A stretch of DNA of 64,000 nucleotides from an uncultured bacterium (GTDB lineage: Bacteria; Oederibacteriota; PGYV01; CAWJRG01). The position numbers were made by a program, and so were the translations under genes. Under the pieces are notes generated by a model. The model was given only the letters and a program-made list of their open reading frames with translations. It had not been told where the DNA came from and made no database searches. Within the stretch, counting starts at the first letter, position 1; the number at the start of each line of letters is the position of its first letter. Positions 59,139 to 64,000 of the stretch are shown piece by piece. The DNA lies in contig CAWJRG010000009.1 in NCBI GenBank assembly GCA_963845185.1, forward strand, positions 704,001 to 768,000, in the 5' to 3' direction.

Positions 59139-59894
59139 TTACCACCGGCTATTCATTTGCTGGAAGCTCTTATCCAAATCCGCCCGCGACATTTTTGTCC
59201 ATTGCTCTGTCATGCCGTAAGTAATTTCAAACGTATCAGTTTCCAGTCCTTTCATGACGCCATCCACAAATACTTTCGGCTCAAGGTTTGCCTTATAACC
59301 GCCTCTCTGCGCCCTTCCTTCAGGGTTCAATTCCGTATCCACTCCCGGAGGGATAATCTCAAATACTTTTATCCCGGTATCTTTCAACTGTTGCCTGAGG
59401 CACATGGAAAAGACGTGCAATCCTGCCTTGGTCGCGCTGTATATAGGCATCTTGGCTGCAAACACAAACCCGAGCCCTGATGAGACATTAATAATAGCCG
59501 CCTCTTTCTTGCCGGTTAAATGCGGGATAAAAAGTCCTGACAGGATAATTGGCGCTTCCAGATTAATCCTGATTTCGTTTTGCCCTGCCATGAAGTTTTC
59601 TATGCCTTTTTTAAAGTCAATATCGCGCTGGATTCCTGCGTTATTCACCAGTATGTTCAGGTTGCCGAACTTGCCTGTTGCCCACTCAACAAGGGATGCG
59701 CGGTCCGCCTCCGACGATATATCGCAAACTTTTATATGCAGTTCAGGATGTATTTTTTGCGCCTCAAACAGCCTATCTTCCCTGCGGCCGCATATAAGAA
59801 CTGTATTTCCAGCATTTAAAAAATATTCTGCCATGGCAAGCCCAATACCCATTGACCCGCCTGTGATTAAAATAGTATTTCCTGACATTTTCAT
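59139..59894 (-). CDS. Short-chain dehydrogenase (DltE-like)
   Basis: ITGGSMGIG, NNAGIQ, YSATK. Confidence 0.93.
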   Translation of the reverse strand: MKMSGNTILITGGSMGIGLAMAEYFLNAGNTVLICGRREDRLFEAQKIHPELHIKVCDISSEADRASLVEWATGKFGNLNILVNNAGIQRDIDFKKGIENFMAGQNEIRINLEAPIILSGLFIPHLTGKKEAAIINVSSGLGFVFAAKMPIYSATKAGLHVFSMCLRQQLKDTGIKVFEIIPPGVDTELNPEGRAQRGGYKANLEPKVFVDGVMKGLETDTFEITYGMTEQWTKMSRADLDKSFQQMNSRW

Positions 59895-59927
59895 AATAGT
59901 AAACCTCCTTAAGGTTATTGTTTTTAT

Positions 59928-60412
59928 TTATCTTTTTTCAGGATATCCGACTGTCTGTCCAAAAAGCGCGCGCTGATTAGGCCTTAATTTTAACTTTTCT
60001 GAAAGCCCTGCCTTGTCGCAATTGTGGAACCACGTAGCCAGGCCCTGTGAAGCAGCGAACAAATATACATTTCCTGCAATCAGGCCGGTATCAACGTAAT
60101 AATATGCCTTTTGTATATCCGGGTCATGCAGCCCTGGTTCCTGAAATCCTGCCTTGCTGAACCTGCTGTTATTCCCGGAATCCCAAAAGGGCCTTTCTTG
60201 CGGTTAACCTCTCAGGCGGCCCAGAGAAGGTTTGACAGCATCTGCGGTGAAATCTTTTTATCACCGATTTCCCGTGTTGTCTTTCTTTCCTTAAGTGCCG
60301 CAAGCATTGGCTTGCTTTTGTCGATCGTGGGTTTCAAAAGCGCAATAGCATGCATTCCTTTGCCGGCATTACAAGGAGTTGTTTTTAAAATTTTCTTGTT
60401 TTTGGGCATCAT
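59928..60412 (-). pseudogene. Nitroreductase (SagB-like) pseudogene
   Basis: 5' part ...ALKERKTTRE...LSNLLWAA-TGA-EVNRK...TAGSA; 3' part in another frame ...VDTGLIAGNVYLFAASQGL...GQTVGYP. The central segment is missing. Confidence 0.8.
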
Positions 60413-60472
60413 TTTTTACACCTCATGAATTTTTTGGAATTTATAAAAATATACTGATAAATAATATTTTAT

Positions 60473-61465
60473 TTATGGATGGAATTTTTCAATTCTGTCA
60501 TTCCCATTGTCCACAACATAAACGTTCCCAATGCTGTCCACTGTTATTCCGAAAGGATTATAAAAATATCCGTTGCCGTTCCCGGCATTTCCCCATTGCG
60601 TTAAATATGCCCCTGTACCTACAAATTCCTGGATTAAATTATTATTTGTGTCCGCAACATATACGTTCCCGCTGCTGTCTAATGCTATTCCCCATGGGCC
60701 GTTAAACAACCCGTTCCCTGCTCCGGAACTACCCCATTGCGTTATATATGCGCCTGCATTGCTGAATTTTTGAACCCTGTTATTCTGCGTGTCCGTGACA
60801 TAAACATTCCCGCTGCTGTCTACAGCCACTCCCCATGGCTTATTAAACAGCGACGGGCCGTTTCCGCTATTGCCCCATTGTATTAAATATGTGCCTGTAT
60901 TGCTGAATTTTTGGATGTTGTTGTTATTAAAATCTACGACAAACACATTCCCTGTAGCGTCTGCTGCTATTCCAACAGGCCAGTTAAACTGCCCATTGGT
61001 GCTTCCTTGAGAACCCCATTTTGTTATATATGCGCCTGTACTGCTGAATACCTGGACCCTGTAATTATATGTATCTGTAACATAAACGTTACCGGTGCTG
61101 TCCAATGCTATTCCTTCAGGGTTATTAAACTGCCCGTTGAGATTTCCCTGGCTGCCCCATTGCGCCATAAATGTCCCTGTCATGCTGAATTTTTGAACCC
61201 TGTTATTGTTTGTGTCGCAGACATATACATTACCGCCGTTGTCTACTGCTATTCCATACGGCGAAAGAAACTGGCCATTGCCAAAGCCCTGGCTGCCCCA
61301 TTGTGTTATGTACATTGCGGTCATGGTTGCTGTTTGATGCGCCTGGGCTGTTGCTGTAGCATTAGGGGCTGATGTATCTGCAGGTGAGGATTTATTGCAC
61401 CCTGAAACAACAGAAATAGTTATAAATAAAGCAAAAAGAAATAATGGGATTAAAAATTTTTTCAT
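60473..61465 (-). CDS. NHL-repeat (6-bladed beta-propeller) lipoprotein
   Basis: VSGC lipobox; six repeats QWGSxGxxNGQFxxPxGIAxDSxGNVYV.D..N.R.QKF. Confidence 0.92.
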   Translation of the reverse strand: MKKFLIPLFLFALFITISVVSGCNKSSPADTSAPNATATAQAHQTATMTAMYITQWGSQGFGNGQFLSPYGIAVDNGGNVYVCDTNNNRVQKFSMTGTFMAQWGSQGNLNGQFNNPEGIALDSTGNVYVTDTYNYRVQVFSSTGAYITKWGSQGSTNGQFNWPVGIAADATGNVFVVDFNNNNIQKFSNTGTYLIQWGNSGNGPSLFNKPWGVAVDSSGNVYVTDTQNNRVQKFSNAGAYITQWGSSGAGNGLFNGPWGIALDSSGNVYVADTNNNLIQEFVGTGAYLTQWGNAGNGNGYFYNPFGITVDSIGNVYVVDNGNDRIEKFHP

Positions 61466-61497
61466 GTAAGCCTTTCAGTTAAAATTAGCATACTACA

Positions 61498-61526
61498 ATT
61501 ATAATTTCATGAAGGCATTTCGTCAA
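61498..61526 (-). promoter_or_regulatory. Putative sigma70 promoter of the NHL lipoprotein gene
   Basis: On - strand: TTGACG, 17 bp, TATAAT. Confidence 0.7.
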
Positions 61527-61625
61527 GGACAAAAAATTTTAGAGTAAATTTATCTTTATTTCTTTTACTTGTTTTACTTTTAAAACCGGAACAAATTGCG
61601 CATTAAAACCTTGGCAGGCAATGGA

Positions 61626-62456
61626 CTATCCCCAACTAGCAACATATTCCCATCCTTCTTTACCTTGAATCCCGCCTCCAAGTTTCCATACCCCTTTTAC
61701 CCCTGCCTCTTCAGCAGCAACGTCAAAATTGCATATTCCTATGCCTATGTCCATGAGCTGGAGGTCTTCTAAGGGCGCGCGCCGGTAATTCGGCGTGCGT
61801 TCGAGGAATATATGCAGCCTGTCCTTGTCCTTTATTACCCTCCACGGCTGTTTATTAGACGCGGACGGAGCCAGGCGCAAAGCTTCCAAGGGAATCTTTA
61901 GGCTGCCCGCAGAATCCTCTGCTAGTGGTATGCTGGGATCCCCATTAAAGTATATTTCCTTCCATGGTTTCCTTTTATCTGCCGATACAAAAAGCCTTGT
62001 GCTTATATCAGCAGCGTGTTTATTTTTTGCAGCGTACCCCAAAGCGGATATCGCAGCTACAACCTCCCCCGGTTTTGCGTTTATTTTTTCCAGGAAACCA
62101 GCCCTGCTGAAGTTCCCGCCAATCCAGCATGTTCCCAGGCCGAGTGATGTTGCAGCGAGTATGTTCTTTTCCATTAAATAGCCGAAATCCAGCACTGCAG
62201 CAGGAGAACTTTTTATGACGCCTGCGATAAAATACTTTGGCCCTATTATATTGCCGTAACTGGCCAGTTTTTTTAACTCATCCTGGCCTGCGCCGGTCAG
62301 GTCAATGATTTCAAACCTTACATTTGTGCCGAAAGGCCCGGTACTATTTGACCCGATAAACGAAACAAGCATTTCTTTGACTTCGGGTGCAATAGGATTG
62401 TCTGTATAAGTCCTGATGGATTTTCTTTTTCTGATATCTTCGAATGTTATTTTCAT
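61626..62456 (-). CDS. Nitroreductase family protein (two-domain)
   Basis: RKSIRTY, GLGTCWIGG, LAPSASNKQPW, D.GI..C.F. Confidence 0.9.
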   Translation of the reverse strand: MKITFEDIRKRKSIRTYTDNPIAPEVKEMLVSFIGSNSTGPFGTNVRFEIIDLTGAGQDELKKLASYGNIIGPKYFIAGVIKSSPAAVLDFGYLMEKNILAATSLGLGTCWIGGNFSRAGFLEKINAKPGEVVAAISALGYAAKNKHAADISTRLFVSADKRKPWKEIYFNGDPSIPLAEDSAGSLKIPLEALRLAPSASNKQPWRVIKDKDRLHIFLERTPNYRRAPLEDLQLMDIGIGICNFDVAAEEAGVKGVWKLGGGIQGKEGWEYVASWG

Positions 62457-62488
62457 TGATTCCTTTAGGTTTAAGTATTCAGAACCGT

Positions 62489-63049
62489 TTACCCGATCTT
62501 CTCGAACTCGTCCCATTTCCTGATATCTTCAGTTTCTCCATTGGCTAGATATTCGTAACTCGTTAAAGTATTCGGCAGCCCCAGGATATCGGAAAATGAC
62601 GCCAGCAGTTCAGTCGTAAAAACCATGTTTTTTACATTTTCAGGCTCAAGTAGTTCTTCTAAGCTGTTGATTTGCTCGCTGCTGAAAAGGCCTGAAAAAA
62701 CTACGGGATTTCCTTTTACCTTTTCTTTTTCATCTTCAGATACTTCGCCAAAATAGTCAGGATTGGAATTGTACTTGTCGATCAACCTGCCGTCTTTATG
62801 AAATGAATATATAAAAATGTCGTCGTCATGGACTATCAATTGGAGCATCTCGTTTTTAATTTCACCTGCCATTTCTTCCGATATTGTTTCATCCTGGCCA
62901 TGGTTATCCGGATATACTCCTACCCAGCCGTCAATTGCTGGTGAAATATAGAATTTCGTCCCGATTGATTTATTGATTTTCGTAAGGGTTTCTTTAATCT
63001 CACCCTTATACTGCGACTTTATAAGTATTGCTCCATAAAAAGCTCCCAT
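62489..63049 (-). CDS. Hypothetical acidic protein
   Basis: 186-aa ORF with GAGGAG RBS, co-oriented with neighbours; no family recognised. Confidence 0.7.
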   Translation of the reverse strand: MGAFYGAILIKSQYKGEIKETLTKINKSIGTKFYISPAIDGWVGVYPDNHGQDETISEEMAGEIKNEMLQLIVHDDDIFIYSFHKDGRLIDKYNSNPDYFGEVSEDEKEKVKGNPVVFSGLFSSEQINSLEELLEPENVKNMVFTTELLASFSDILGLPNTLTSYEYLANGETEDIRKWDEFEKIG

Positions 63050-63115
63050 ATGTTTCTCCTCTTTTGCCTCATTGTAAAAGCTTCAGAATAACTTAAAACA
63101 AGCTGTAATTCTATT

Positions 63116-64000
63116 TTATTTCTTTTTGTTTTTTTCTTCCTTTATAATTTTTGCGATATTTTTATGCCCCTGCGCTGTTGCGAAATTAATTGCTTCATCA
63201 AAACCATTCGCGCCTTTTTCAAGCATCAGCTTTACAACCTCAACATGCCCTTCGCCTGCTGCCCAGCGCATGGCGCTGTTATAATTATTCGCGCCTTTAT
63301 CAAGCATCAGCTTTACAATCTCAATATGGCCTGACGTGGCTGCAGCACTCATTGTGTCATTGTAATTATTCGCGCCTTTTTCAAGCATAAACTTCACGAC
63401 CTCAATATGCCCTTTGCCTGCCGCAGACCTCATAGCGTCATTATAATTTTTGGCGCCTTTATCAAGCATAAGTCTCATTATATCAACATGCCCTCCGCCC
63501 GCAGCTGAGTCCATGGCGCTGTCAAAATTATTAGCGCCTTTTTCCAGCATAAGTTTCACAATATCAATATGGCCTGCTTCGGCAGCGCTTGTCATTGCCG
63601 TGTTATAACTCCTGGCGCCTTTTTCCAGCATAAGCTTCACAATCCCGGTATGGCCACCGCCTGCGGCTGATTCCATGGCCCTGTCATAATCTTTCGCGCC
63701 TTTATCAAGCATAAGCTTCATTATCTCAATATATCCCCCGCCTGCAGCTGTTCCCAATGCCCTGTTATAATCTTTCGCGCCTTTTTCCAGCATAAGATTT
63801 ACTATATTTACCTGCCCCGTACCGGCAGCTGATTCCATGGCCCTGTTATAATCATCCGCTCCTTTTCCAAGCAAAAGCTTCACAACCTCAATATGTCCGC
63901 TGTAAGCCGCAGACCTCATAGCTCCGTTAAAATCACCGGCGCCCTTTTTAATCATTATTTTTATAATCTCAATCTGGCCTTTTTCAGCCGCAGACCTCAT
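63116..64000 (-). CDS. Ankyrin-like repeat protein with 27-aa period (5' end probably outside window)
   Basis: Ten tandem units MxSAAxxGHxxIVKLMLxKGAxx[YF]NxA plus a capping repeat. Confidence 0.88.
   Translation of the reverse strand: MRSAAEKGQIEIIKIMIKKGAGDFNGAMRSAAYSGHIEVVKLLLGKGADDYNRAMESAAGTGQVNIVNLMLEKGAKDYNRALGTAAGGGYIEIMKLMLDKGAKDYDRAMESAAGGGHTGIVKLMLEKGARSYNTAMTSAAEAGHIDIVKLMLEKGANNFDSAMDSAAGGGHVDIMRLMLDKGAKNYNDAMRSAAGKGHIEVVKFMLEKGANNYNDTMSAAATSGHIEIVKLMLDKGANNYNSAMRWAAGEGHVEVVKLMLEKGANGFDEAINFATAQGHKNIAKIIKEEKNKKK

Noticed and set aside
6232..59976. Long antisense ORFs in the track (e.g. 6232-6897, 12220-12789, 22319-22900, 28828-29481, 59404-59976)
   Set aside because: They are shadows of well-supported genes on the opposite strand, with no recognisable motifs.
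60212..60214. TGA as selenocysteine or recoded Trp/Gly
   Set aside because: TGA ends many intact genes here (prfA, dnaE, recO) and the same gene also has an out-of-frame deletion.
63116..64000. CRISPR-like periodic DNA repeats
   Set aside because: The 81-bp period is in-frame protein repeat coding with synonymous variation; there are no spacers or cas genes.
1..64000. tRNA, rRNA, tmRNA or riboswitch genes
   Set aside because: No cloverleaf or conserved RNA motif was recognised in the intergenic gaps. An Infernal/Rfam scan would be needed to exclude them.

Overview
Chromosomal segment of an AT-rich diderm, probably anaerobic bacterium (LPS heptosyltransferase, Hyp hydrogenase-maturation genes, BamB-like and outer-membrane proteins; lineage not determinable without a search). 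The window appears to span the replication terminus. Every supported gene from 1 to 30756 is on +, every gene from 30974 to 64000 is on -, and a XerCD dif-like site (30885-30912) sits in the convergent gap. The core holds housekeeping genes (rho-rpmE-DUF1385-prfA-prmC, dnaE, hypF'CDE, secA, mutS, recO, lemA, GH57, hup, coaD, folD, dxs). The accessory flanks encode secreted Thr/Pro-rich NHL and carbohydrate-active proteins, two of them with T9SS-like C-terminal domains. Main points of interest: (i) a 2.8-kb IS1182-family element with 18-bp terminal inverted repeats and a 5-bp target duplication that carries an Rhs toxin tip and a putative immunity gene as cargo; (ii) two tandem AbrB/MazE-FliG C-terminal-domain fusion genes behind a consensus promoter whose -10 box is flanked by a perfect 12-bp palindrome, with no toxin partner; (iii) a HypF reduced to its Kae1-like domain; (iv) recurrent TCAATT heptad elements before accessory genes; (v) two single-base frameshifts and one pseudogene with a microhomology-type deletion. 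No rRNA, tRNA or CRISPR array was recognised. All calls come from reading motifs by eye; no database search was run.
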